DNA from: Lama glama
Taxonomy: Eukaryota
Assembly (NCBI GenBank): GCA_028534125.1
Contig: CM052817.1
Coordinates: 30,134,001 to 30,198,000, forward strand
Length of the DNA stretch: 64,000 bases
Direction of reading: 5' to 3'
Below are positions 1-14,560 of the stretch, piece after piece; the first letter of the stretch is position 1; every line of letters starts with the position of its first letter. The notes under the pieces are model-generated. The model saw only the letters and a program-made list of their open reading frames with translations. It did not search any database and had not been told where the DNA came from. The position numbers were made by a program, and so were the translations under genes.

Positions 1-892
1 GAATCACAAAATACCCAATTTTTCTTTTCAAGTGGAAATGAGCTGTCATTACAGTATATTCACCTAGAAGAAAAATTTAAGAAGCTTAGGAAACTGCAGC
101 AGTCAATAGTTGGAACGTTTTGGAAGTGGAAGGGATTAGAGAAAGAACAGTCCCTGATTTTAAAAAGGAAAGAGTTTATCCTATATGTGACACGGAAAGT
201 ATATAACATTTAAATGCCCCCCTTAGTGTAGCAAGAATATTTAAAAGAAAAATTTAATATGACCAAGAAGCTTGAACTGTGTGTGTGCACGGTATGGCAT
301 TCGTTTTTCTCTCTAGGTCATGCTTACTGGCCAAGGGCGTAGAGGATTCATGAATGCTCTCTGCTCTCTGATGGTAGATTATTTTACTTGCTCGGGTCCC
401 TCAGACCTTCTGGTACCAACCTCAAGCCTCGATTTTGATTGTTTTCAGTCCACTCCTCTCCCACACTTTAAAGTGCTGATTTCTGCCCACATCTCCAAGA
501 CTGATCTTCTGGCCGAGATTTTACACTTTTGATCCTGTCACCAATTCTGAACGTCTCAGTGCTGTATGTCTGTTCTAATTCACTGCAGTCAGTTCTATCT
601 GAGCCTCCTAGCTACTTTCCTTTCTGCTCTCTGGGTTTACATCTGGCAGATGTGAGGTCATTAGTTCATTCATATGGCTGCTTCTCCTTACATGAGTGTG
701 CCCATGGGAAAGGACTAGCTTTCCCAAACAGGCCAGGAGTAATTATCCATAAATTAAGAGTTGAATAGTCGTGACTTATCCAAAATAGGGGAGAAAGAAT
801 TAGAAGGTGAGGGAAATTGCAACACTGTTTCAAAGTAAAATTGGCTTCGCTGGAAACACACATTTTTTTGAGTTGGTTGCATACTTTAGACC

Positions 893-1035
893 GGTGTTTT
901 TTGAAACTTGAATGCACACCTTGGAATCTCCTTGAAATCTTGTTAAAATGCAGATCTTGACTTAGTAAGGGGTCGGCCTGAGATTCTGAATTTGTAAAAA
1001 GTTCCCAAGCACAATCTGTACTGCTAGCTCTTAGA
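893..1035. mobile_element. MER5-like hAT-Charlie MITE fragment
   Basis: Motifs cttgttaaaatgcagat and ggcctgagattctgaattt are typical of MER5A/B. Confidence 0.65.
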
Positions 1036-1137
1036 CATCAAGAGGAAAAGGTTTTAAGCTAACTGACACACTTCCAATGACTTTAACCCATTTAATATTC
1101 TTAGGAACTAGCTTTTCTTTAGACTCATTTTACTTAC

Positions 1138-1281
1138 CTGTACTAGATTTAATTGTCTCCTTCCCAATTGATTGGCCCAGCAGATCATATTGATTTAACC
1201 TGGAGCCATCAGGAGCAACTTGTACTGAATCAGATGCATTGTATGTCCAAATATAAGTGACCTCTGAGGTTGTATATGCAT
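1138..1281 (-). CDS. GABRA2: GABA-A receptor alpha-2 internal exon, 144 bp, (Y)[47 protein letters not shown](G)
   Basis: cccctcatttcctacag|ATGCATAT...AGTACAG|gtaagt. Alpha-2-type loop F/loop C sequence. Not called by the ORF track. Confidence 0.97.
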
Positions 1282-4200
1282 CTGTAGGAAATGAGGGGGG
1301 AAAAAAACTATTACAGTAATTTTAATAAGAACCACCAATAATATAAAACATCAAAGATGTTTTCATAGGACTGTATTTCATAGAATTACTGTTTACTGTA
1401 AAAAATTGGTATTTACAGATCATATTTTGGGAGGTAAAAAAGTGTCTTTGAAATTTACAACTTCAGTATGAAGGCTGTGAAACAGACCAAGAGAGACAAT
1501 CATAACCATAAGAGTATTTTCATTGCAATCCTGAGAGATGAAGAATGAATTTCTCTTTGGAGTCCGCAAAAATCACTGGGTCCTGGGATGCATGGTGCCA
1601 AGGTAGTAGACGAAGGCATTGTAATATACAGGTTGTGAACGCCCAAAGCCCATTTAGCTATTTCATATAGAACAGCAATTGCTGATGAAATAACAGTCAT
1701 AATCCAAAATGTCACTACTCTCTGGACATAAAAGTAACTTTTGTCTACGTGGGAAAATAATAATGGCCTATATTGTATTTATTATTTCTGTAGTTAATTT
1801 TGTAGATTTCTCTTCAACACCTTCACCCAGTTAAGAATTAAATGACTTAGCTGTCGTGACACAATGCATTTCATTAGAAGAATGAAAACTAATTTTGCAG
1901 AATCTGTAAAATAACTGAGAATGCTATAGTTCCATAAACACTTTTTAAAACCTGTTCATTCTAAAATTAATTAATGCACACAGATCTCACTGGACTATAC
2001 TTTCATAGCACCCTAATTAAGCTATGGATTGGCAGGAGGAGACGAAACACGTACAGAACAGGTATAACGTTCTGATTTATTTGGCCAAGGATGCAGAACT
2101 TAGCAGCATCGAGATGACTCTGGAGCTGGAGAGCGGGCAGCATGTCCGTCTCAGCACTTCTCTGGCCCTGGCATTTCCCTTGCGCCTGTGTGTCCTGAGG
2201 GGGAACAGCTGACCTCTCCACACAGGCAGAGTCTCTCCACAGTTGAATAAACAGACAATTGCTGCTATACTAATGACATTTTGAAGACTTTCTGTGCACT
2301 TTTGCTCATGGGAATGCTTAGAAATACTAGTTATTCCTGGTCCTGGAGCAAAACTCAGCATCACAGCCACATTTTCAATTGAGGGAAAGAAAGAACCAGC
2401 TGTCTCTGGCAATATCTCTACCTCTAGCTCTATAGGATGTTGGGAAGCTCATTCACCTGCTTTCTGTAAATTTTCTAGATTAATATGATTGTTCTGGGAT
2501 GGTTCTGGTACTTTCCTTTATCCAAAGTCTGTGATCACAAATCTATTTGCACTTAAGCATTAATAACAATAAAGTGAACTTCTATGTGCTTGTGTCTTAT
2601 TCACTGTGTGGTCTTTTAATGGCATACTACAATGTTGCCTGGTTTTCTGGATATCACTACTAGATGTTAATATCAGTGAAATACATGTATTCACCTACAT
2701 CCACAAGTAAACTGTATTACATGAAATAATTTTTGAAATAGGATGCTAGATACATATATATGTACGTATGTCATTATATGTATGAATATGTGTATATATT
2801 ATATATTTTAATAGTAGATATATTCATATAACTTGCATATGAATGAATTCCAGTTGCCCTAAGGTCTAAGTTTTTATGAATTAATTTAAATGAGTTAACC
2901 GCTGATGATTCTGCTGTTGTGAATAAATAACATTAGTCATGTGTATGACAAGCAATCCATTTGCAGATCATCAAGTGACTTGTTTTCTCCATAAGTACGT
3001 ATCATGGCCTTCTCTTCAGTAAAATTTCAAATGACACAGAATTGAATACATCACAAAGACGTCACATGCACCACTTTGTATCAGAAGGCCCCATGATAGT
3101 CAGTAATAAGTGATAAATCCTAATAAATTATTAGGTTTTGTTTAAAGTAAACATAATGATTCCACTTTTGAATTTTGATGTTTACCTTTAAACCTAAAAA
3201 GGGAAAATGACACTCTACAAATGTGGTGTCTTTTTTAAGAAACTCGTAAGAGATTGATGGGCAGGGACTCATGTCGATACTTCTCACACCCGGCACAATG
3301 CCGGTCACAAAGAAAACTTTCTTAGATCACTCTTGCTAAATCAATAAACTTACATTTTAATATATTTTAATTCTGCCATGTACTGCTATGGAGGATGGAA
3401 ACTAGGATAGGACCCCAAGAATATGTTAAAGAAAGTAATTGCTCCTTCCCATGTTTTTCATAAAAAAGCAATTATTTCATTTGCTAGACAGGAATTTTTT
3501 TTTAGATTTGGAGTCTGATGAGAGAAGAGATAGTAGAAAGTTATACAATGCAGATCAAAGGCACTTCCTGGTCCATCAACACATATATAAATTAGGAGAC
3601 CACTGCAATGTTTTCAGTAAAGAATAAAAGGGGAGAAAAATTAATTTCATTATAAATTCCACATCTATATTAGATTTTCATTAAATAATTTAATTTTGCC
3701 AAATAACCCATTTTGAGTCCTAATCTGCATTAAACAAATGCATATTGTTTCTTCATATTTGATAACCAAAAAAAATCCCCAAATCATTTTTAATTATTAA
3801 TTTTTATCCAAAAAGAAAATTTACAATTTCTTTTGGGATAATGCCCAGAATACTTTTAGATTTCCATTCAGGAAGTTTAAAATCAAATTAAACAGTGAAG
3901 AATTATATAAAGATATGAGGCAACAGGAATAAAGCAATACAAAACTGAATTCAAACTTGTAAATTAGTAGAAAAGATGCTTTTTTATTTGAGAAAAATGA
4001 TAATGTTCCAGAAATCCCATTATTTGTGGGGAGACAAGGGAGTTTTTTGAGCAAGAGAGGAATAAATGACTAGAAGAAAAAGTCACGGCTGCTTTTGCCA
4101 AAATTTGTTTGGCCAACATTTAAAGTTTTGGGTTGGCTTCTTGTCTATACTTTCAACATTTATATATCAAGTACCTATTATTGGCAAGGAAAAATAAAAG

Positions 4201-5452
4201 CATAAACAAATGATTTACCCAATGTGTCAGAAAGTAAACATGGAGAAAACTAAATAAAACCAATTACTTCAACAAAAAATGGCTAAGAAACTTTGTTGCC
4301 TGTATCACTTCTAGATACAGAAGACAGTATTTTCAGAGGTACAATATTACACTGCTCTGAAGAGGCACTTTAGTAAGGGATTTTAAATTGTATTTAAATA
4401 TTTTAGGTGTATTTATTTCATATTTAGAATTGAGACATCACATCGTTTATATCTGGTTTCTTAATGGCGCTAACTTGTGCACCGAAAAATGCCTTTCCTT
4501 CTTAGACCATTACTGCATCTTGAATAAGTCCTTCCTTTGTTACCAAGGCTTTTCAGTTTCCTATTTAATACCATTTATGCAATGCAAATGAGTTTTTTCT
4601 CTGCTGCATCTGCTGGAGTTTTTCCAGCCTCATGTTTACTTTTTATAACATGATTGACTATCTTAAATAATTTTCGAAGAAATGTCAGTATTGAAGTGAT
4701 AGTTTCCATGACAATAAAAGACGGCTTTGTAGTTAAACAAAGGGAAGAGTCTCAAAGAAAACTGAGAGCTGATACCTTTTGTAAGAATGAACAGAACAAA
4801 CAAGACTGAACTTCTCATTCCACAAAACTATGGTCATCAAAATAAATAGAAGGCTCTGCATTCAAATTAGCCATCATTCCTCCCTCTTCTTTCACATGAT
4901 GCAGAAGGCACACATCCAGTTATACATATTTTTAATCAGGTGAGAGAACTGCATTTCTATTCAAGAGAATGAAAAGTGAAAAGCTGCCCAGAATGGACAA
5001 AGATAGGGGTGCTAAAAAGAGCTGGGTTTCTGAAATGTCAGGCTATTGGACACCCTCACAAAAGAGAGAGGCTGCTTAGCTGTGCCTGTGAATTTATCCT
5101 GAACCTGCCCTGAATGCCATGTGGGCCTAGGGAGATGCTTTGACCTTCCCTCTTCTCAATTATTGTGGGAGAGCGAATGCTTCTGCTTGACATATAAGGT
5201 CCAACCTCAGTGACCTACAGAGGTTGCCAAATGCACAGAGCTTTTTCTGAAATACTTTATTGTACACAGAAAGTGCCCAGGTGTAGCAATCCACCTACGT
5301 CATCTCCTTCAAATTTATTTTAGAAAAAAAATTCCTTCCATTTAGTTAGAAAGTAGAAAGAAAACAGAGACCCAGTTTCTGTGCCTGACATTTGCAACAG
5401 GATGATCGCTACTTTAGTAAACAATGGAATCTGTCCTTTACATTTCATTCTT

Positions 5453-5972
5453 CTTTTGTTTGCTTGTTTAAAACAGATTTTATTTCAGATGAGCAGCGAC
5501 AGAGATAGTCTAATTTAGTTTGATAGCTGTCCATAGGCTCTTCAATCGTTCTTTTTAAATCTAGCTTTATTAAGATATAATTGACATATAACATTGTGTA
5601 AGTTTAAGGTGTACCATGTGTGGATTTGATGCACTCATATATTGCAAAATGATTACGACCATAGTGTTAGCCAATACCTCCAGCACATCAAATAATTATT
5701 CTTTGCATATTTCTCACCATGCTTAAATTTTTTAGATTTTTTATTGAAGGATAATCGATTTATAATGTGTTAATTTCCAGTGTACAGCATAGTGATTCAT
5801 TTATAAATATATATAATATATTCCTTTTCATATTCTCTTTCACTATAGGCCATTATAAGGTATTGAATATAGTTCCCTGTGCTATACAGTAGGACCTTGT
5901 TGTTTATCTATTTTATTTATAGTTGTTTGTATCTGCTAATCCCAAACTCCTAATTGATCCCTCCCCACCCCC
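5453..5972 (-). mobile_element. 5'-truncated young L1 3' UTR (about 5730-5972) with a 3'-transduced tail (5453-5730) that includes an older L1MA-type 3' end
   Basis: Perfect 14-bp TSD tacatttcattctt at 5439-5452 and 5973-5986. L1 3' UTR motif gaatatagttccctgtgctatacag. AATAAA (minus) at 5479-5484 and an A-rich tail at 5453-5469. Confidence 0.85.
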
Positions 5973-6326
5973 TACATTTCATTCTTAGTTGGAAAAAAAT
6001 TTATTTATTTTGCATTTTTAATGTGCTAGTACTTGAAAAGAAAAAAGGTAAATGACATAGTCCTGACCTTCAAGGAGCTCCCAGTCTACTTTTCACATGT
6101 ATAAAAACAGGTTGTTCTTTATTATCAGTAACTAAAAACAATAATTAAAATATAATGATATTTGAGAGTACAACAGGGCTATGAACAGTATTTCTTTTAT
6201 TTCTGCATCTTATTGGACAAGTATTAAGCATCCCATCATATGAGAAGAAACTATATAATTGAGTAGTGCTGCTGACTAGCCCTGATTTTATTGACCCAAA
6301 ACATGTACCTTCATCCCCATACTTAC

Positions 6327-6409
6327 AGCTGCCAAATTTCAGAGGACATGAGTGAGCATCCATTGGAAAATCCTCCAAGTGCATTGGGCATTCAGCTTGA
6401 ACCGTAAGC
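6327..6409 (-). CDS. GABRA2: GABA-A receptor alpha-2 Cys-loop exon, 83 bp, (R)[27 protein letters not shown](Y)
   Basis: ttgacttctag|GCTTACGGTT...GGCAGCT|gtaagt. Cys-loop signature C-x13-C. Phases match both neighbouring exons. Confidence 0.98.
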
Positions 6410-7733
6410 CTAGAAGTCAAAATTCCACTCTTTGTTTAGGGAAATTGGCAAGTCAAGATAAATCACTCCTTATTGTTGTCAACAGAATTAATGATGTGAT
6501 AGGACCTTCATTATAGCATCATATTAGGCTAATTCACATTTAAATATGCTTTTGTTCTTTCACATTTAGGTGATCCTTCGGAAGGCATTAGCATCTACAA
6601 AATCTGAGCTCAAGTAACAATGCTTATTTAAAAATATACTTAAGCATTTTGTACTCTGTGGTTAGTCAAGAAGTTATATACGTGCTTTTGAAGGTTATTT
6701 TCCTATTAACTTCAATATTAACATTTGATAGAAATCTCAATGAAAACAATCTACATCATAAAAAGAATTTTATTTCCCCCCAACATCCCATCAACAACCA
6801 TATAGCAAAACTGATACAAGAATTCAATACTGGCTCAGAGGAGGCCCCTTCAAAAATACATAAATTTTGAATGAGTATCATATACTGTATAGAGATACAT
6901 ATATATAAATATAAATACAGACATAGATATGTGTATAAATTTATCTCCTATAAATATCTTGTTGAGACTAGACTACTGGTCAAATTATAGACACAAGTTA
7001 TGAATATTAAGAGTAACCATAGCAAATTTTTTATAAAGTTATTAATTATTCCATTTTTACACAGAGGTAACGTAGATAAAGTAGGTATTAAGTTGAATTT
7101 ACAGAAGAATCTTTTATGGTGAGGAAAACAAATGTGACAAACCATTTAATTATAGCTTATGTACTTCTAAGAGAGTATTTTAAGAAGAATCCAATGCAAT
7201 ATTTTTCCAAACTCTGTGTGTTCTCAGCCTACATTTTGTTTCAACCCCAAATTTCCAATCATTGTCAATCCACAGGAATGATCAACATGTAAAGTTAATG
7301 AGGGTCCTGCATCTGGATTGCAATATTCAGAGAGAGTGAGGCAGAAAGAATAGCTAACACTCCCATTTTGGGCAATGGTCACTTAGCAATGAGTCTTCAA
7401 GACTGTTTTCTTTAAAGATCAGGACTATATTATTACCCCTTCTTGAATAACTTTCACAGCTGGAACCCACAATTTAATATTTCATATGAAATAATAACAC
7501 ATTAAATGCCTGGAATACAAATCTGTCTACGTATAATGCTGACAAACGTTACCTATGCTTTAAAGCCTTTATCAAACACTTACATTTTAGATTATATATT
7601 ATTTTATTAGATTTGTGATTGTTTTCTTTGTAACATACTATAAGTAATTTATTTTAAAAGATTAATTCATGAGAAAAGTTAAAATGGACTAGCTGTTAGA
7701 GTCAGCAACTGTGTATTTCTTTGGATGAGTTTT

Positions 7734-7813
7734 TTAGGGTTGAATCATATGAACTTGATGTTACACGGCACTTTTTGACTTACAAAATGGCAATTTCATA
7801 TGGTTCAATCTAA
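7734..7813. mobile_element. MADE2-like mariner MITE (about 80 bp, palindromic)
   Basis: Terminal inverted repeats ggttgaatcatatgaa ... ttcatatggttcaatctaa followed by TA. Confidence 0.8.
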
Positions 7814-8259
7814 TACATATGCTTATGTTACCAATTTACTTGCAACCAATATTAAACAAAAACTACATCCCTGCATTTCACAAGTTTTTTTTCCTCTAGA
7901 GTGACTTTATAAGGCCGATCAAAATATTAAATTAAGTAAAACTTGCTTAAAGTTATTAAATGTGGTGGAATATTTGATGAGATATTAAAAATAAAGTTAT
8001 ATACTGGTATAAAGAAAATTTTGTCATATTAAAATTATACTTAATTAAAATGTAGTATGAAAAGTAAATTGCCAAAAAAATCAATTCTTAATAGTTAAGG
8101 CAATTTTTAGGTTTTAACACACTAAGATGAGACTCAAACTCCTCATAAGTACTATTTTCTATTTTTATTTTTTTGATACACAAGCATGTACAAAGCATAC
8201 TATATGTACCTCAATAATTCGTTATGAAAATGTTGACAAGCAGGAGGGCTGGTTGGTTA

Positions 8260-8616
<357 letters not shown>

Positions 8617-10739
8617 TTAAAATTGTAATATAATTTTCAATTATAATGTAAGTAGTTTAAAATAGTTTAAAATATTTAATATAAATAGTTTGAGAAAGCC
8701 ATTTCAAGAGGAGTGAATTTTGAAAGATTATTCCTTCATCTTACAAATAAACATTGCCACTTACAATGGGGTAAAGCATATGTACTTATAGAATTAGTCA
8801 CATATTAATATGAAAAGAAAATAATAAAGTTACTTAATCTGGACTCATTCATTGGCACAAGGTCTTAGTCAAAGTGCTTTACAGACGGCTGCATCCTATA
8901 GATCCTATAGTTTAGAACTACTTGGAGAGGGGGCATGCTTGGGCAGTGTCTGGGTGGATTGTCCTAAGGCATTCATCTCAAGAAAGAATAAGCAAGGAAC
9001 CTGATTCTCACCAACAACAACTATTAATTAAACACACTATCAGATCTACATGAGTCATCATCCGTTGCCAAAGAAGCTATAAAATATCTTATTTCTTTTT
9101 AAATCTGAAAACAATGGTGAGGTATCATATTGTTAAAAAGTATGTATTAGGGAATGATAATTTCAATAAAGCTTTTTTATAAAATGTGTTGTAATAAAAT
9201 AGTTTGACAAGGTATTAGAATACTTAAAATATGAGTATTTTGCAAATAAACTCTCTCAGGTTAAGGGCACTTTTAAATAGTCATATAGACCAGCTAGTGA
9301 TCAATTTCCCTATTATCATCCTCCAATACTTGAAGTTAGTTTCATCAATATCTCTCTTTCTCATCCTCTCTTACTCATCCCCCTTCCTCTCTTTTTTTCA
9401 CCCTCTGTCTTAAGATAAGAGAATATATACGTTTTAGATGAGATACATGATTCACAATTTTGATGAATACTGACAGCCTACTGAATGTTGAATTTTTTGT
9501 CAATGTATGTTTGTGCAAACACTTCCATGATAAATAACTAAAATCAGTGACACACCTGAGATTGAAAATTCAGAAACTGTCCTTTGAGCACAAAGTCCCA
9601 GTCATTACGTTTGAAAATAAACACCTCAGCAATTGACAATTTCACTCAACTAAAATTGTGTGTGTATAAAAGGACATTATAAAGCCCACGTACTTATGAA
9701 AATATCAGGTCACGTGTACAAACCTTACTCAAGTAAATGGTTCCCAGTAATCCCTCAAAAATTGAATGGATGACGACAATAAGCATCAGTCACAGGTGAT
9801 GGCTTAAGTCAGGAAGTGAATAGCAGGAGAAAATTTCATAATCTAACCCACTCTCATTCTCTGTGGTTTAGTCATTTTTTAAGTTTAATTCTATATAAAT
9901 GCAACTCAATTTTTTAAAAAACTAGATTAAGAGGTGCATGTTTGCTATATTGATAAGTTTGTATGCTAGTGTTTCTTTCCAACCGGTGGTTCCCTCAAAT
10001 CCAGGTCTGATGTGAACACATAGGACATTTACCTGTCCAGGCAAACTAAATACATTTTACAACTTTTTATAGAACTTAAAATTCTATTTTTTCATTTCTG
10101 CAAAATTATGGGATCTTTTATCTGTTTCCGAAGCTATTGCTCTAACAAGCATTTCCTACACACCCACCATGTAGGAGATACTCAACGTTTATAAACCGTA
10201 AGTTTTAGGTGAGCTCTTTTTAAAAAGTGTTTTCAGGAACACTGTTTTTAAGCATCCACAATGTCCCTAGAGAGGGCTTGGCCAACCTATCCAAGGCAAT
10301 CTGTGCCTTTCCCCCCATCCCTGCAACCAGGTACATTCATGTTACGCTCTGAACAATTTAAACAGTCCCCATCCGTTCCATTCCTCAAATAAAGCAAGTT
10401 CCCACCTGCCTGAGGCAAGAACTTTACTGATAAGCATGCTTCCGGTCTCCTCAACAGTTGGGAGATATGCAGTCAGCTGTCTGTGTATCTTTGTTACTCG
10501 TAAAGCTTTTCATTACTACAAAGTCATATGCTGAAATTACACTTTTCTTCTTCTGCCTCCCAACTAGCCAACAGGTCTTCAGAAAAGGCACCATGGCTTT
10601 CATTTGTGCATTGTCTTATTTCTGTCTTCAGACACGTAAGAGAGTAAAAAGAACGCTGCAGATACATGGTAGCCATCACCAACAAGAAGCATAAACATAA
10701 TTCACGCGTTTGCTCTCCTGTGTGTCCCTCCTCAAGCAC

Positions 10740-12120
10740 ATTCTCCTGCTCTGTGAGGAAACAGCCATCTTGAATTCAGTATTTCTCATTCCCACAGATA
10801 GGCTTACATATTTACTATATAAATATATGTCTTCTGTGTCACATTTTTAACATTTATATAAATGAGGTCATACTGTGTATACTTTTCTGAAACCACTTTT
10901 TTCAGTTACGTTGTTGAGATTTATTCATAGCAATACATCTAGTCCTTTGCTTCATTTTCATTGATACCTAGCATTACCTCCTAAGAATATTTTACAGTAT
11001 GCCTCCTTTTTCCATGCTTTTAAATATTTTTTTTCCTTGTCACTATTGCTAGCAATACTGCTATGAACACTATTACACAGTGCTTTTAGGACAAAAGTAT
11101 GAGAGTTACCCTAGACCAGAGGTCGGCAAACATTTTCCATCAGGGGCCACTTAGTGTTTTAGACTTTGAGGGCCATGTGGTCGGTATCACAACTACTCAG
11201 CTCTGCTGTTGTAGTGTGAAAGCCCCCACAGGCATCATTTAAATGAGTCAGAGTGGCTATATTCCAATAAATCTTTGTTTACAAGAAAAAGCAGCCAACA
11301 GGATTTGGCCCATGGATCGTGGTATACCCACCACTGCTTCAGAGTACTGACAAGTGGGGTTACTAAAATTTATTATATGTGCAATCAATAACAACATATT
11401 GCCAAACTGAAATTGTAAGAGGAGTGTACATTACAGTGAATAAGGAGATACTGTCAAATTGAAATCCTAAGAGGTGTGCACATTTATATCTCCACTAGTA
11501 GAGTATGAACTTTCTCTTTCTCTACAACTTGGTGTAGACAGACTGTTTCATTTTAGCCATTGTGATTGGTTTGAAATGGTTTATAGTGCTGCCACTTGGA
11601 TTTTTCTATTAAACCAGTGAAATTTAACATATTTTCATATGTTGGTTTATTAAATACTCTAGTTTTCTCTTGTATGGATTGTCTATTCATGTGATTTGCT
11701 CAATTTCCTTTTAGATTGTCCTTTTCTTATTGAGTTATAGAAATTTTTTATATTTTCTATTTACGAATAGTTTAGAAAATACAGAACTCAAAAAGAGTTA
11801 TAATAAATAGCACAAAGGTATACAAAATATCATAAATATATCCTTCTATGTTTCTTTTAAAGATGTCAAAGTTCTGCTTTTAACGTTTAGGTCCTGGAAT
11901 TATTGTGTATCATATGAAATACAGATCAATTGAACCATTTTTTTTCAAATGGAAAAACAACTTTCTGGTACCATTTATTGACTGGTCCATCTTTCCCCAC
12001 AGTTCAGCAATGACATTTCTCTCATGTATTTAGTGTCCATATCAGCATAGATCTGTTTCTGAGGTCTCTTTTCTATTGTCTACACCTGCATCAATTCCAA
12101 AGCCATGATTTCTACAGTTA
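10740..12120 (-). mobile_element. Old L1M (L1ME-like) 3' region, interrupted by MER58A
   Basis: Degenerate L1 antisense motifs (tatataaatgaggtcatactgtgtatac, ttgagatttattcat, ttttagccattgtgattggtttgaaatggt). Boundaries are approximate. Confidence 0.65.
11117..11336 (+). mobile_element. MER58A hAT-Charlie MITE, near full length
   Basis: Starts cagaggtcggcaaac, contains caactactcagctctgctgttgtagtgtgaaagc and ttccaataaa, ends ggatttggccc...ccactg. Confidence 0.85.
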
Positions 12121-12586
12121 TATAATAATTATAATTAATAGTGTTTTTATTATTGTTCACTTGAAGATGTTTCATACTTTCTACTATGACTTTTCTTTTT
12201 CTTTATGTAGGAGACATTGTTTTTATTTTCCAAATACATTGGTTTCTTTAATTTATATTTTCATCATTGGTGTTTAATTTTACTCCATTTGTAATAAGAG
12301 ACTGTGCTCTGAAGATGCTAATAATTTCCAATTTATTGAAAATATCTTAAGAAAATTTTTTGTTGAATTTAATCATTTCCTTATTTTAATGGGAAGGTAA
12401 TTCAGTCCATGTACATTTAATGTGATTACAAATATACTGGACATGTCCCAGGTTATAGTGTTTTTAGCAGTGATAATTAAAAGGATGAGGCTAGCAGGAT
12501 AACTTGTATAGATGTTTCATAATTAACTGAGTAAAATGAATAAGAAAATAACTCTAGAAAATTAAGGAATAAGAATCATAAAAGAG

Positions 12587-12613
12587 CACACACACACACA
12601 CACACACACACAA
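12587..12613. repeat. (CA)n microsatellite
   Basis: Seen directly in the sequence. Confidence 0.9.
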
Positions 12614-12859
12614 TGAGTAGAGGCAGAGAAAAATATCAAACTAAGAGAAAAGAAAAATGAGAAGCATATAGAGATTAACAGTGTCAAATAGCACTGAAAG
12701 ATCTTGAAAGCTTAGTAGAAAGGAAGCCAAAATGCGATGGGTTGAGGAGTACACAGAGTATGCAAATAGAAGGAAAATAAAGTGCTCTTTCCCACTCCTA
12801 AATTTGTAAGTGTCTTAAAGGGAAATCAGAGTTAAACCAGTAAAATCTAGATACTAGCT

Positions 12860-13378
12860 TATATCATTTAGCTATTGCCATGTAAAAAAAAAATCACCTA
12901 AAATGCACTAGCTTAAAATAGCAGCCATTTATTATTAGCTCATGAGACTGGAGATGAGCTGATCTCACCTGGGCTCAGTTGATCTCAGCTGTTCTTGCTT
13001 TTGTATCTGTGGGTTAGCTGGCCATTAGCTAATCTGGGCTAATATAGTGTACGGGCCACTGGGGCAACTCAGCTCTGTTCCAAGTGTCTCTCAGCCTCCT
13101 ACTCCAGGAACCACTGGTCTACCATGGGCTTATCTTTCTCATGCTGGCAGAAGTATACACAATAACAAGCCCTAATGCACAAGCCATTTAAGTCATTGCT
13201 TGTGTAATGTCTGTTAACATCCCATTGGCCAAAGCAAGTCACACCGTTGAGTTGAGTGACAAATACTACTGTAGGTCACCTCACTTTCAGTGGGAGGGCA
13301 TTACAAAGTTAAGTGAGAAAAGAAGATGTGGATATAGAAAGGGGTGAAGATTGGGTGCCATCATTGCAGCTTACCATA
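12860..13378 (-). mobile_element. MLT1-type MaLR solo LTR
   Basis: Motifs agctattgccatgtaa...gcttaaaatagcagccatttatt and cccattggccaaagcaagtcac. Confidence 0.7.
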
Positions 13379-13564
13379 CTAGCCCTCTGTGAGAGGAAAA
13401 AAAGATTCTTGTGAATGAACAAAGAGTTTGAGAACATCTGAAACTTCTCTTCATCATGTGACTCCAGTGAAAGTGATATGGGTCTGATATCAAGGTGTAA
13501 TCAACTGTATTGTACCTAAATTAAATGAGAGCTTGTGCACAGAAGCAGGATACTCAGCTTAGAG

Positions 13565-14560
13565 CAGTGACTTACAAAGTGAAATACGTACATCCATTTG
13601 GATGTAGGAACAAGATACTAGAATCTATTTTATATAAAATTATTATCTAAATATAAGAAGTAAATGAGGCTTTCTGAGTAAATAACACATGGACTGCTGT
13701 ATGTATCTATGGCACTCTCACTGTGTCCTATGGGAAGAGAAGAAGCCACCCAGAGACAGTCAAGGGACACTGAGCTCACGCGCTTGCAGCACACTGCGAT
13801 TTGTACTCAGGTGACTTTTTAAGTCATAATATCTAGTTTTGATTAAACTAACTCAAGTGAAAATAGACAACTGACTTAAAAATTGTTGCTAAATAACACC
13901 ATGGATTGAAGAAACCATCAATAATTCCACAAACGCAAGTGAACAATAAGAAAAGAGGATGTCACTTCTATGCCTCATATGAGTTCATTAGCCCACATAA
14001 AGAATGACGAACTTAACTCTAAAATTAAATGTACAAAAGCAAATTCATAATTTTCAATAAGGATATTAAAATTTGGGTTTACACCCACTGCATTTCATGG
14101 TGAGCTTAACCTTAAATACTGGCTATTGATGGCATAAGGACATTGCAAAAAGTAAGTTGTTTTAACAACCAAACATCCAGAACATAAAGGCAAACATCTA
14201 AAATTGGTGGATGGGCTTTTTTAAAAATTGGCATAATGGTTCAATAACTCATAGCCAATGATGCACTTCTCAAATTTGAACTTACATGTCTTTTACATCT
14301 ATAGCAGTCATTAAGACAAGTGTTAGAATAATATGAATTTAGAGTCAGACTGTTGATTGCTATATTATAAAGTATTTAAGAAAGATATTTAAAAATAATA
14401 AAGTGCATTTAAACATATTAATTGCTAAAATAATCTCATGAATAGAAATCTTAAGTGGGAGTAAAAAATAAATCTATTTTATTAATGATGTAAAAATTAC
14501 ACCTGAAAATAATGTTTTTTAACTTATTCAGATTTCTGCTTTTGTGCTTCTCCTAGAATA
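13565..14560 (+). mobile_element. Degenerate hAT-Charlie DNA transposon remnant
   Basis: Starts cagtg. Near 14300-14350 it resembles a decayed Charlie transposase C-terminus (IKTKYRNKLNLE-like). Boundaries are uncertain. Confidence 0.4.

Noticed and set aside
2149..2170. REST/NRSE site (tcagcac...), with similar half-sites near 51165 and 63341
   Set aside because: Only the left half-site matches. The GGACAG right half is absent.
6145..6420. ORF-track 91-aa protein, and likewise the 67-aa ORF at 8257-8460, as standalone genes
   Set aside because: These are GABRA2 exons read through into intron. The true limits are set by splice sites.
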